From Epiperipatus broadwayi (lineage: Eukaryota > Animalia > Onychophora): DNA of 64,000 bases. Made by a program: the position numbers and the translations under genes. Positions within the stretch are counted from its first letter, which is position 1; the number at the start of each line of letters is the position of its first letter. A model generated the notes under the pieces. The model was not told the DNA's origin and made no database searches. It saw nothing but the letters and a program-made list of their open reading frames with translations. Below are positions 40,195 to 53,002 of this stretch, piece by piece. The DNA is taken from contig JAQFVV010000002.1 in NCBI GenBank assembly GCA_028023455.1, positions 19,158,001 through 19,222,000 on the forward strand, written 5' to 3'.

Positions 40195-41000
40195 TTTTAT
40201 ATATGATAATGCTATATGGTATTAATATCATCTATGTTCTTTATTACTTTTTACAATGCTTTTTTACAACCCATTGACATTTTCATTCGATTGTCCTGAC
40301 AATCTTCTTCAGAACTATAACAAACACATAATACAAATACATGAGTAACAATATACATGAACATATAATTTTACATTTTATATATACATACATATATTCT
40401 ATCTTATAATTATTATGTATATACCCACATATATCTTTATATACCTTTTTATATAATTATTACCTTTTTATATTTTATATATTCTACTCTTTTTTATATT
40501 CTATATTTATCAATTAATACTTCCTATAATCATATATAAATATTATTTTTATTTCATTTATTTTTTTTATTTTACTCTTTTTAATATTTAACTCTAACAT
40601 GATGTTTTACATTATTATTATTCATTATATTAACATTCAATGTGTATAATTTTCTTTAACCTATAATATTATTTTTTAACATTTTTTATCATATTTTTAT
40701 AACATATTTTATACCTATCTTCTACTTACATTTCCAAATCTTAACTGCTAAATCAAACTTTTAAATTTTACAGTTATACTTTAGTAGCACCCTCTTTCTA
40801 TTTTTATATAATTAAATCTTTTTTTTATGTCAAAATCTTTTTCAGGTCTAAATCTCTATTTAATACTGGCTTAATATTATTAATATAAATAGCTTCTTTT
40901 ATTTTTCTATCTCTTTTATTATTTGTAAATTGTACCATCTTTATACAATCCTTTCCAAATTCATGTCCTGTTTCTAATGAGTGTAAATATATTGCAAATT
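40195..41000 (-). mobile_element. Penelope-like 3' fragment (GIY-YIG C-terminus, 3' UTR, decayed hammerhead)
   Basis: Minus frame AIYLHSLETGHEFGKDCIKMVQFTNNKRDRKIKEAIYINKY matches the EN tail at about 51820. CTGAAGA A GATTG-TCAGGA-CAATC GAAT lies at about 40285-40312. Confidence 0.75.
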
Positions 41001-41051
41001 TTTACAAAAAATCAAGTCAGATGTCACCTGACCTAATTTAATAAACTTGTA

Positions 41052-41367
41052 TTTACAAATGTTATATATGGAGCTCACAAAATAAGCTCTTAACAAGCTT
41101 TGCAAAATATCCTCAATGCCAGACTGGTTTTTGCTACTCGCATCATCAGTGAGGTGCCAGGATATTCAAGCATTAGATTAAAATGTATAACTTAATAGTT
41201 ATACATTAGATAAAGTGCTGGTCTTGTCCTGGTATTTTTAATCTAATGCTTGAATATTGTGGCACCTCACCGATGACACCAGTAACAGAAACTGGTCTGG
41301 GGTTAAGGATATTCTGCAAAGCTTGTTAAGAGCTTATTTTGCGAGCTCTATATATAACATTTGCAAA
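41052..41367. mobile_element. Family B foldback with two opposed hammerheads
   Basis: Inverted arms with hammerheads at 41116-41155 (minus, G12A) and 41264-41303 (plus, U4C). Confidence 0.8.
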
Positions 41368-41369
41368 TT

Positions 41370-41850
41370 TTTATCATATTTATTTTAAAAATATGTTAAA
41401 AATATGATAAAAATAATATTATAAATATAAGAAAATTATACATATTGAATGTTTTAATATAATGAATAATAATAATGTAAAATATAATGTTAGAGTTAAA
41501 GATTAAAAAGAGTAAAATACAAAATAAATGAAATAAAAATAATATTTATATATGATTCTAGGAAGTATTAATTGATAAATATAGAATATAAAAAAGAGTA
41601 AAATGTATAATATATACAAAGGTAATAATTATATAGAGAAGTGTATAAAGATATATGTGGGTATATAAATAACGATTATAAGATAGAATATATGTATGTA
41701 TATATAAAATGTAAAATTATATGTTCATGTATATTTGTATTTATGTATCTGTATTGTGTTTGTTATAGTTCTGAAGAAAGAAACTCAGTGGGTTGTAAAA
41801 AAGCATTGTAAAAAGTAATAAAGAACATAGATGATATTGATATTATATGC
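41370..41850 (+). repeat. Inverted copy of the Penelope 3' UTR at about 40195-40720
   Basis: For example tgttatagttctgaagaa and gggttgtaaaaaagcattgtaaaaagtaataaagaacatagatgatatt are reverse complements of 40220-40320. Confidence 0.85.
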
Positions 41851-43769
41851 ATTTGGCAGTGCAATAAGTAAGATAAAGTTATAATACTTTATAAAGATAA
41901 TACTATAGGTGGAATTACAATAGGTACTTTGTAAAAAAAATCAGATTAAAAAAGATAGCTTTGTAATATGTATATTTTTCATGTGTTAAAAGTAAAGGAT
42001 AATTTTATAATTAGTAATTTACACTTTCTAAAAATCTCTAACTTATGTTTCTCTTAATTAACCTTCTTTTTTAAAATCTCAATTTGTTTTTTCTAGCTCG
42101 CAGTACTTCAAGTTACAACAGTTATTTTGGTTCAATAAGTTAAAAAATTATTACAGTTTCTAAAAACCGTTGGAAAAAAACTTCTATTTTGTTTATTCAG
42201 TACTAGAAATAACATTAAAACAATTATTAAATAGATAAACAAGTAAATAGAATAAACTACAATATTATCAAATAAAAATACTTCTTATATACATGCAATC
42301 AAATGATAAATATGAAACACACAGCAATACTATAATGAAATTGTTCATATGAAGAATAAGAGCCACAATTCGTCAATGTGGTATTATACCGTAATATGCA
42401 TAACAGAAATTTCATTAACCCAGCACAATATTGGTCAGTAATTCGTTCACTGCTAGAATTACTCATTAACATTGATTTACATAATTGGATTACTCAGAAT
42501 ATAATAATAAAATAATAATGATAAAATGGTTAAATTTTTATAACAATAATTGCTGTTGACAATAAAATTAATATTGGCTAGAACAAATCAGTTTTGATTT
42601 CAGGGTAAGAATGCTTCTATACCTTCCAGCACTAGCTTCTGCTGAAGCATCAGTGTTGTCCATTTCTATTACTTCTTAAATATTGGTTTTGAACTTTCTT
42701 CTATACAATGAAATAACCGAAAGTCATATGTACAAGTATCATAAGTATTAAGCAATTAAGTTTAAATTTGGATGAAAAATTGATATAATTACTGCTGTAT
42801 TATAAAATAACAGTTGAATGAAATAAATTATGAAAATGGCAAAGAAATTTTAAGTATAAAACAAATTGTATTGCGTTTCCATACAAATATGTAAATCACC
42901 ATCTTGTAGTATGTCTATTTGTGTATATCACTGTTTTGTTTACTATCTTATTTAACTTACCTTAACCTCTGCAAATATACATGCATATACTGCACAAAAC
43001 CACATGTTAATTACATATAAACAGTTTATGAAATACGTTGTTAAAATAAAGATTTTCATGATTTAATTTCTCATTTAAAAAAAATATGCAAATGGAAATA
43101 ATATTTAATCTTCAAAAAGAAAAAAATAATATTGAAGAGTTTTAAAAAAATCAATTTTTCTATTGTTAATTAAACACTTGCATATTCAATGTTTTAATTA
43201 ACTATTATTATTGAAGATTTTAAACTAATATAAATCAATGTCTTACCAATATTTTATTATTCAATATTCCCTTTTTGTGTTTATTATTTGGAGAAATACA
43301 CTTTTGACAATGTTGAAAATAATCTTTTTTTTGTAAGGTCAATAGTTTTAATTTGGAAGTTTTTCTTTTAAATGTTAATTTTCTTCACAACTATTGTTCT
43401 ATATCAGTAACTGCTGAATTTTATCTTTTATAGATTTAGTTTTTTTTCCAGGACATTTTTATATTAATATTTTAGCTGAATTTCAGCTTTTCTCTAGATC
43501 TTTTTTTTTTAGATGAGTTACCAACTCAAGACAATTTATAAGACAGACTGTATGTAAATTATAAGACAGTTTTAGGCTTTATATTTACTTTTTGATTAGA
43601 AATTGAGATAGAAATGGTGATTCAATTAAAGTTTGTACTAAGCACAATTTTACATTATATATAGCAATAGCCTAACATTACTTAACTGTGGTGATTGGAC
43701 AAGAACCTGTGTGTTCAATGTAGTATGACCATAGGGTGACATCATATCTGCAAAACATTTTACACCAGT

Positions 43770-44601
43770 GCTGCAAGAAGTATTTTGTGGATTAAAATTG
43801 AAAGCTAAAGGAGTGAAAGTAAATAGAGATTATTTAAGTCATTTAGATTTTGCAGATGATGTAGTTGTTTTTGCAAATAATGCTTTAGAGCTACAGGAAA
43901 TGTTGCAAGAGTTATAAGATGAAAATAGGAAAATAGGTCTAAAGATAAATGTTAAAAAGACTAAAGTAATGTTCAATGGATTTTCTCAAAATATAAAAAT
44001 AAAGATTGATTATGATGAGTAAGAAGAAGTTAACAGCTACAAATAACTTGGTCAGATTATTAATACAGATTGGAAACATAATGGATGAAATTAATCATAG
44101 AATTAAACTTAGTTGGAGTGCTTTTGGTAGAAATAATTTGATACTAAAAAGAAATATACTTATGTGTTTGAAAGGGAAGGTTTTTAATAAATGTGTTTTA
44201 CTAGTTTTTACTTATGGATCCGAGACTTGAATACTTAATAGAAGAGCAATACAAAGACTTCAGACCACTTAAAAAAGTATGGAGAGATGCATGTTGGGAG
44301 TAACAAGAAGAAATCGAAAACAGGTGTTACTGACTTCATTGAAAAAATTAAAAGACTGAAGTGGAGTTGGGCTGGACATGTTACTAGAAGAGATGATAAT
44401 AGATGGACAATTGAAATCTTAAACCGGATTCCAAAAGATTGTAAAAGACTCAGAAAGAGACCACATGTGAGATGGATGAATGAAATAAGAAGGTGTGCAG
44501 GGATGATGTGGGGAAAAGCAACTAAAGATCAGAGAAGATGGATTGAACTTGGAGAGACCTTCATCCTGTGGTGGCTTGATAATGATTGATGATGATGATG
44601 A
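43770..44601 (+). mobile_element. RTE LINE 3' fragment with (GAT)n tail
   Basis: HLDFADDVVVFANNA, NHRIKLSWSAFGRNN and KRLKWSWAGHVTRR, with a gat repeat at about 44585-44601. Confidence 0.9.
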
Positions 44602-45424
44602 TAATAGCTAATCTTCATAATAGCCATTAACGACAATAATGAAACTTACATTTTTACAATTTTGCTTAACTTTGTTTCATCAGTTAACTTCTTTTTTTTT
44701 GTAGTCACTTCTGCTAGTTCTTTGGTAAAATTATTTACTCAATATCTTCAAATACCATACTTTTTTTTTTTTTTGGTGATAAGTGATTGAATATCTATTT
44801 CATCACACTTAACTTTAATCGCAACTGCAACAGGTATTGCTGTTTTTTTATTTCTTTATATATCTGCCACCTAACCAGATAACAATTTTTGCTTGCTAAA
44901 ATCATTTTCCAATACTAATTATTTTTTCATAAATATGTTCATTTACTTCCTGGGAAATGATATGGCTTTTTTGATTAATGACTCGTTTAACTAATAAGTT
45001 TGTATACAAAAAAAAATTGAAATTGTATATATATTGACTTTAGAATTTGAATTTATAAAAACTAAAATTTAAATCTTAAAACTACTTTCCATAAATTAAT
45101 TATTAAATTTTAAAAAAATCTCTACAAATAAAAAAAAAAAGCATTTTATTAAACAAACTTTTCATATAGATTGATTTAGTAATATTTAATTGCCAAAAAG
45201 TATTTTTGAGATATTTATGAAAATGATACACGTGATAAAGTTTTGTTTTACAGTTATGAACTAATGTCTATCTACAATCGCTGTGCCATTTTCTAAATTT
45301 GTTTTATATAACAAATAATAAGTTTAATTATTATTGTTTTATATTTTAATCATCTCTCACTCATAGAAGTCACTTTGATTTGGATTTTCAAATGTTTTTA
45401 AATAATTCAAAACTTATAATTAAA

Positions 45425-45670
45425 ACAGACAAAACTCTCCATACAGTAGTGCCACTCAGTGCAAGCCAGAGTAATCAATGAATGCCAGAACGCTTGTGCA
45501 TAAAATCCCTATCTAATGCCTACTCATCCAATATCCCCAGACTAGTTTCTGGCTTGTGGTCTTCCTCAGTGAGGAGCTTTGACACTACTATATGGAGAGT
45601 TTTGTCTGTTTTAATAACAGTTATGAGCAAGCATAAGAAACTGTGATCATGTGATGTTTAGTGGTTTAAC
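45425..45670 (-). mobile_element. Family A copy with inverted arm
   Basis: Hammerhead at 45534-45575: TCCTCA CTGAGGA AGAC-CACAA-GCCA GAAA CTAG TC TGGGGA. Confidence 0.8.
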
Positions 45671-46623
45671 TTATAAATTAACTGTTTAAGTTGTGATTTT
45701 TAATTTCTACTATTCACAATAAGTTTAAATACTATAGATTTATTATTATTACACTTTTCATTTTACAATGCCATATATTTCATAACCTGGGCTACTATAC
45801 AAAGTTTGCACTAACTTTTAATGTATTCACGATCACACTTAATCTCTACCTTTTTTTGGTTTTTTTATTGCACAGTTTTGTCATTTTAATTTCCATGCTG
45901 TTTTCTTTTTTGGCTCATATATATAACTTTAATATTTTACATCTTCTCTAACTACTAATTCATATAATGCTGTCACTATAATAGGAAAAAGAGTATAAGT
46001 TGATTTATTGAGTGAATGTTAGATAGATAAGTATATGATGGAGGATTTGATAAAAAGATGGAGAGATAGAGTAGATAAGTAGGTAGACATAAATAGTTAG
46101 ATATGTAGACAAACCGGTAAATAGATAATTAGGTAAGTAGAAATAGAGATATTTTTTTTATTATTAAAAAAAAAGTTGTACTGATCTGTCGATGAAAAAT
46201 GTTTTCAAAAAAAAAAAGAAAGCTACAACTGAAAACAAGCTGATTTCATCTGTAAAGTCTGTGTTAATCATTAAATTGTAGATTCAAATGAAAAATTACC
46301 AATATTTTTTAAATTAATTCATGGAATTCTAAAGTTAATAAGAAAAACTTTGATTTCATTTAATCTTTTGTCATTAATTAAGCCAATGGCTTTATTAATA
46401 TTTTAATAATTAAGAAATAAGACTTTTTATTGTGAAAAATGGAGACTATTGTTTTTTTAATTATCGTTGACGACATTGCCAATGGTAAAATCTACAATAA
46501 ACTGTTCAAAATAGATAATTAATTGATAATTCTTTTATATTCATTAACATTTCAAAATTGAAAATAATGCAACTAATGCTTTAATCAAACGAAAATAAAT
46601 ATTTCACTTTTTGTTTTTTCATG

Positions 46624-46708
46624 TGTCATAGCATCGGCCAAGAAGCGAACCCGCTAACCCGGGACAACTGCTTGTAAGGAAGCTGTGCTGGCACTCGACC
46701 ACCAACAC
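46624..46708 (-). mobile_element. tRNA-Gly-derived SINE copy
   Basis: Near-identical to 7980-8071, including the 9-nt insertion and TAC at the anticodon position. Confidence 0.75.
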
Positions 46709-47724
46709 TGAATATTAAAAAATTTGATAGCTGTTGAAATTTTATGTAGTATATATAAGTAGATACATTTTAGTACAATATATTTATTGAAAATAACGTA
46801 TAAAATGATGATAAACATATTAATCAAAAAATAGTAAATGCTAAGTCATATAAGAGAAAGAGCAAATGTATACATAAATACTTCACATGAATTTTTAATT
46901 TCAATGGAAAATAATGAATTAAATAGAAACATAATTATATCTACACAAAAATAAAATCTTAAAAAAATAACATGACCGTAGAATATATCTACATTTAAAT
47001 GATTTATATACTTTATAATTTATAAAAAGCAAATCTGCTTTGAACTAAAAAAAGATTTTGTATTAATAAAACATTCGAGTAAATTACACATAAAATAAAA
47101 CCTATACAATTTCATTACTGGCCCGAGGATTTTTTTTATTAATTAAAATATATCACATTTCAGTCTCAGAATAAAAAGATTTAGATTTTGTTCTAAAATA
47201 TAATGGGAAAAAATAATCCTTTCATATATCAAATATTTTTAGAATACATATATGTATTAGATTTAATTCTGTTTAATAGAGTATACTGCTTATGATTTTT
47301 AATTTCTATAATTAAATAAAATTATATTTAATTAAATTACCTATGAAGAAAAATTTACAAATTTTACTTAGTATTACACATTAGATAACTACTTATTAAA
47401 TTCTCTGTTTTTATATATATATATATTTCTGGTGGCTACATAATATTCTACTTTTTGTAAAATTTTAACAAATATACTCTTAATAAATCCATAAAACTTA
47501 ATTTATAATTCCACAATTTTTACTTAAGTTAGTAAAATTTGCATCCAACTTTTATGCAATCCATTTTACAGCTATGTTTTTTTTTACTTATAACTATGTA
47601 TTAGGATCCTTGTCACCGTAGTTTTGAAGAGAAATCTAGCAAGCTTATTAAAGTACATTTATATGAATAATCTACCATATCCCATTACTTTGAATCTTTA
47701 TTTTATTTAAATCTATACTATATT

Positions 47725-49028
47725 TTCTTCTTCTTCTTCTTCTTCTTCTTCTTCTTCTTCTTCTTCTTCTTCTTCTTCTTCTTCTTCTTCTTCTTCTTCT
47801 TCTTCTTCTTCTTCTTCTTCTTCTTCTTCTTCTTCTTCTTCTTCTTCTTCTTCTTCTTCTTCTTCTTCTTCTTCTTCTTCTTCTTCTTCTTCTTCTTCTT
47901 CTTCTTCTTCTTCTTCTTCTTCTTCTTCTTCTTCTTCTTCTTCTTCTTCTTCTTCTTCTTCTTCTTCTTCTTCTTCTTCTTCTTCTTCTTCTTCTTCTTC
48001 TTCTTCTTCTTCTTCTTCTTCTTCTTCTTCTTCTTCTTCTTCTTCTTCTTCTTCTTCTTCTTCTTCTTCTTCTTCTTCTTCTTCTTCTTCTTCTTCTTCT
48101 TCTTCTTCTTCTTCTTCTTCTTCTTCTTCTTCTTCTTCTTCTTCTTCTTCTTCTTCTTCTTCTTCTTCTTCTTCTTCTTCTTCTTCTTCTTCTTCTTCTT
48201 CTTCTTCTTCTTCTTCTTCTTCTTCTTCTTCTTCTTCTTCTTCTTCTTCTTCTTCTTCTTCTTCTTCTTCTTCTTCTTCTTCTTCTTCTTCTTCTTCTTC
48301 TTCTTCTTCTTCTTCTTCTTCTTCTTCTTCTTCTTCTTCTTCTTCTTCTTCTTCTTCTTCTTCTTCTTCTTCTTCTTCTTCTTCTTCTTCTTCTTCTTCT
48401 TCTTCTTCTTCTTCTTCTTCTTCTTCTTCTTCTTCTTCTTCTTCTTCTTCTTCTTCTTCTTCTTCTTCTTCTTCTTCTTCTTCTTCTTCTTCTTCTTCTT
48501 CTTCTTCTTCTTCTTCTTCTTCTTCTTCTTCTTCTTCTTCTTCTTCTTCTTCTTCTTCTTCTTCTTCTTCTTCTTCTTCTTCTTCTTCTTCTTCTTCTTC
48601 TTCTTCTTCTTCTTCTTCTTCTTCTTCTTCTTCTTCTTCTTCTTCTTCTTCTTCTTCTTCTTCTTCTTCTTCTTCTTCTTCTTCTTCTTCTTCTTCTTCT
48701 TCTTCTTCTTCTTCTTCTTCTTCTTCTTCTTCTTCTTCTTCTTCTTCTTCTTCTTCTTCTTCTTCTTCTTCTTCTTCTTCTTCTTCTTCTTCTTCTTCTT
48801 CTTCTTCTTCTTCTTCTTCTTCTTCTTCTTCTTCTTCTTCTTCTTCTTCTTCTTCTTCTTCTTCTTCTTCTTCTTCTTCTTCTTCTTCTTCTTCTTCTTC
48901 TTCTTCTTCTTCTTCTTCTTCTTCTTCTTCTTCTTCTTCTTTCTTTTTCTTCTTCTTCTTTTCTTTTCTTCTTCTTTTCTTCTTCTTCTTCTTATTATTA
49001 TTATTATTATGATGATGATGATGATGAT
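47725..49028. repeat. Compound microsatellite: about 1.27 kb (CTT)n, then (ATT)n and (GAT)n
   Basis: Read directly from the sequence. Confidence 0.99.
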
Positions 49029-49175
49029 GTTTCAAAAGGCCTTTATTGTCTCAAAAGAATTACAAATTTTGCATTTACATAGTTCGTCTACATATAATAT
49101 CCTGGATTGTCCATTATCATTTGAACACCATTAGCAAATCAATTACTTATAACAGAAAGGAAAAAAATGTTGCTA

Positions 49176-49380
49176 AATTGTCCTTGTTGCTAATTTGACA
49201 TGCATATCCTTCTTAAGTTTTTTTATAATGTTTAATTTCCTCAATTCACTATAACATAGATCTAATCTTAAGTAATGAATTGTTCTTGTTGCTAATTTGA
49301 CATGCATATCCTAAGTTTTTTTATAATGTTTAATTTCCTCAATTCACTATAACATAGATGTAATCTTAAATAATGACCAG
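49176..49380. repeat. Tandem duplication of about 100 bp
   Basis: aattgt-cttgttgctaatttgacatgcatatcct...ttcctcaattcactataacatagat-taatcttaa occurs twice. Confidence 0.85.
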
Positions 49381-49975
49381 GTTGCTGCATAAATGTCAGG
49401 TCTGGCCAGTGACTTATCCCTTTTCTGTATTATTTCAAGTTTATTTGAAAAAGTAGCTGGATATCTCCTGGAATTGTTACCAATTAGGAAAGTGCATCTA
49501 GTACACCAGTATGCATATAACACAAAGGTTGCTGCCCTGACCCTTGGTGTTAATCCTTCTCTAAATGCAGAAATTAATTGATGCATTGTTACATTAGACT
49601 TTCTATAACTGCTAGTTATGAGATTTCTTATCTGCCTAAGTCCCTCACAGTGATATAGCAGATGTGATAGGGTTTTCTCAGCTCGATGGCATAACCCACA
49701 AAAGGAATCAATTGACGTATACAGTCTTTTATGGCAAAGAAAATATGTGGTAGGTAATGCAGATAGATTAAGTTTTATTAGAAAATTGAAAAACTTTGGT
49801 TCTAAGGCCCATCGTTTATACCTTTTAACCAGTTGCTTATTATTAATTCCCAGTATTGGTTCTAAAGTAATTGTGTTATTATCTTCATGTATTAGTTCAT
49901 AAATTTCCCAGTATTTGTATTTATTAATAAATTGCTCTGGGATTTTTGATTCTGTTTTACAAAGATGTATTAATT

Positions 49976-50247
<272 letters not shown>

Positions 50248-50829
50248 TGAAAAATGAATTTGACTGACGTAGCAAAACTTCAAGGAATCAAGTATGAGAC
50301 AATGCATTTAATTTATTTCTAATGTTACTTAATTTATTTATACATAAGTGCTCTTTGGACTTGACTAATGTTACATACATATTTGGCTTTCAAAATATAA
50401 TAAGTTGCATAGTAAATTATTTTTTATAATTTTATATATTTGTTTAACTGTTTCAAAGTATGTATTGTAATTTTGTATTATGTATTTTGCTATCAATATT
50501 ATTATTACTCATTTATTGCATTGTTGTTGTTGCATTTTAATTTTTCTTGTTGTATTGGAGCTTTGGATCTTATATGCAAATGATTATTATTAATACTTTA
50601 TTAAAAATAAGCACTCAATAAGTTATTATTATTGTTATGTGATGTTAAGTTGATATCAACCCTAAGTGAAGAGATGTTTTACTACTAATATGACTGTGAT
50701 CAATTATTACCAACACTATATGATTTTTTTAACAAAATATCTGTATCTTGAAGAGATTAAGAAGTTAGATAAAATATAAAATTTACAATAGAAAAAGAAA
50801 ACGATAATAAATTATCATATTCAGATATT

Positions 50830-51444
50830 TTGTTAAAGAAATTATATAGAAATGTTAAGTGCAAAATAGAAACATCTATATATATATATATAAAATCTAA
50901 TATAGATAGTAATATAAGTAATTGGAATTCGAATATAGATATAAAATATAAAATAAGTAGTATAAATTCAAGAATATATAGCACTAGCAAATATTGCTCA
51001 GACAAAGATTTTATTAAACGGGTAGAATTAATAATTAAAGAATTTAAAGATAATGAATATCCAGAGAAAATTATAGATGAAAGTATAAGGAAATCAAAAG
51101 AAAAATTTAATAAAAATAAGGAGATAGTATGTAGAACAGATAAAATAGATAAGAATGAATATATGGGTATTAGAACTTATAATAATAGTATTGTAAAAAG
51201 GATGAATAAAATAATTATTAACATTAATAAAAAGTTTAATAATATAATAAAATTTAAGATAGTAAATAAAAGAAGGAAAAATATACTTAATATATTAGAT
51301 AATAAATATGTAAGAAAAGTAGAAAAATGCATAAATGGAGTATATAAAATTGAATATACGTCATGTAAAAGTAAAAATATAAAAAATTATTATGTAGGTG
51401 AAACAAAGAATTCAATTTATACAAGATTAGTTCAACATAAGTAT
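50830..51444 (+). pseudogene. Penelope RT C-terminal region and GIY-YIG endonuclease, interrupted at 51445
   Basis: GIY-YIG signature NGVYKI...YYVGET...R..QH. The ORF-track tail HHMITISYACL comes from the inserted repeat. Confidence 0.85.
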
Positions 51445-51806
51445 GATAAACATCACATGATCACCATTTCTTATGCTTGCTTATAACTTATTAAACAGGT
51501 AAAACTCACTATACGTATTGCCACACATAGCAAACTAGAGTAATCAATGGATGCCAGAAGGCTTGTGCATAAAATCTCCATCTAATGCCTACTTATCCAA
51601 TATCCCCAGACTAGTTTCTGGCTTGTAACCTTCATCAGTGAGGAGCCTTGGATCTTAGAGCACTGCACCTAGATCTTGGGATCTAGTCTGGGGATATTTG
51701 ATGAGTAGGCACTAGATGGGGATTTTATGCACAAGCCTTCTGGAATCCATTGATTACTCTAGCTTGCTGTGTGTCGCAATACGTATAGTGAGTTTGCTTG
51801 TTAAAT
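51445..51806 (-). mobile_element. Family A foldback insertion with 11-bp TSD
   Basis: TSD aacataagtat at 51434-51444 and 51807-51817. Intact-core hammerhead at 51603-51644: TCCTCA CTGATGA AGGT-TACAA-GCCA GAAA CTAG TC TGGGGA. Confidence 0.8.
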
Positions 51807-52009
51807 AACATAAGTATAAGTGTCACCCATTTATTTGCATTCATTAGAAACAGATCATAGGTTTGAGAAGGATAATATAAAAATGATTAATTATACAGGT
51901 AATAGAAGGAATAGGAAAATTAAAGAGGCAATATTGTTAAAAATATAAAACAAAATCTTAATAGGGATTTTGGGGGTAAAGACAATAATTTTATGAATAA
52001 TTATAGTTA

Positions 52010-52478
52010 AACCATTAAGCATCACATGATCACTATCTTATACTAGCACATAATTGTTTATAAACAAATGGTTTAACACCAATCCAGCCTAATAGGATAG
52101 TGGTGACTATGGTTGTTAAAGAGTCAAAGACACCAAAATGTATGGGTGCTGAACTAAGTTCAGACCCATATGACTATATAAGCTATTGAGCTTATATTGA
52201 AAATATTTTTGTGTTTTCAATTTCATTCTCATAGTTTTGTAGTTAAGTAGGGATAAAAGGTGGGTGCTGGAGGGTTGCATTAGATCCTAAGATCTAGGTG
52301 CAGTGCTCTCCGATTTAAAGCTCCTCACTGACGATGGCCACAAGCCAGAAACTAGTCTGGGGATATTGGATGAGTAGGCATTAGATAGGGATTTTATGCA
52401 CAAGCCTTCTGGCATTCATTGATTACTCTGGTTGGCACAGGGTGGCAATACTGTATGGAGAGTTTTGCTTTGTTTATA
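52010..52478 (+). mobile_element. Family A insertion with short 5' inversion and 14-bp TSD
   Basis: TSD aataattatagtta at 51996-52009 and 52479-52492. About the first 60 nt are inverted relative to the rest. Confidence 0.8.
52322..52363 (+). ncRNA. Minimal type I hammerhead ribozyme, family A (best copy)
   Basis: TCCTCA CTGACGA TGGC-CACAA-GCCA GAAA CTAG TC TGGGGA: 6-bp stem I, 4-bp stem II, ACTAGT palindrome, predicted cleavage 3' of C52357. Confidence 0.85.
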
Positions 52479-52960
52479 AATAATTATAGTTATTATTATT
52501 AATAATAGTTTAAATATAAAAAGGTTTAAATATAAAAAGAGGGAGTTGTTAAATATAAGAATTTTTGAAAATTTTGTCAGTTGGTTTTGGAAATAGGATT
52601 ATAAAGTTGTAAGTATTTAATAATGTAACAAAAAGGTAATTTATAATGTAAAAAAGTTAATAGTTAAATATATAATAAAAATAAAGAAAGTTTAGAAGTA
52701 ATTAAGAAAATATAATTAAAAAGATAATAATAAAATGATAGATTAAATAGTAGAGTTTAAAGATTAAAGTTTTAAAATTATAATAAAATTGTTTTAGAAT
52801 AATTTAATAATAAAATACTATAAATCAGAAAATAAAATTAGTTAAGAGTAGAATAATGAAATGAAAAATGATTATTTATAATGGTCAGGCTAAGATGTAT
52901 GTTATTGATTATGTATATAAATATAATGTATTAATTGTATGATTATATATTTGGTTATTG

Positions 52961-53002
52961 TAGCTCTGATGATGACTGCAGGACAGTCGAAACTGTAAGA
53001 GT
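52961..53002 (+). ncRNA. Penelope 3' UTR hammerhead motif
   Basis: CTGATGA T GACTG-CAGGA-CAGTC GAAA CTG TA AGAG. Core and stem II are intact; stem I is weak. Confidence 0.6.

Noticed and set aside
42620-42705. Possible ATG micro-exon MDNTDASAEASAG with a GT donor
   Set aside because: It could not be joined in frame to any downstream candidate exon.
47713-49035. 440-aa poly-Glu ORF
   Set aside because: It is a translation of the (CTT)n microsatellite.
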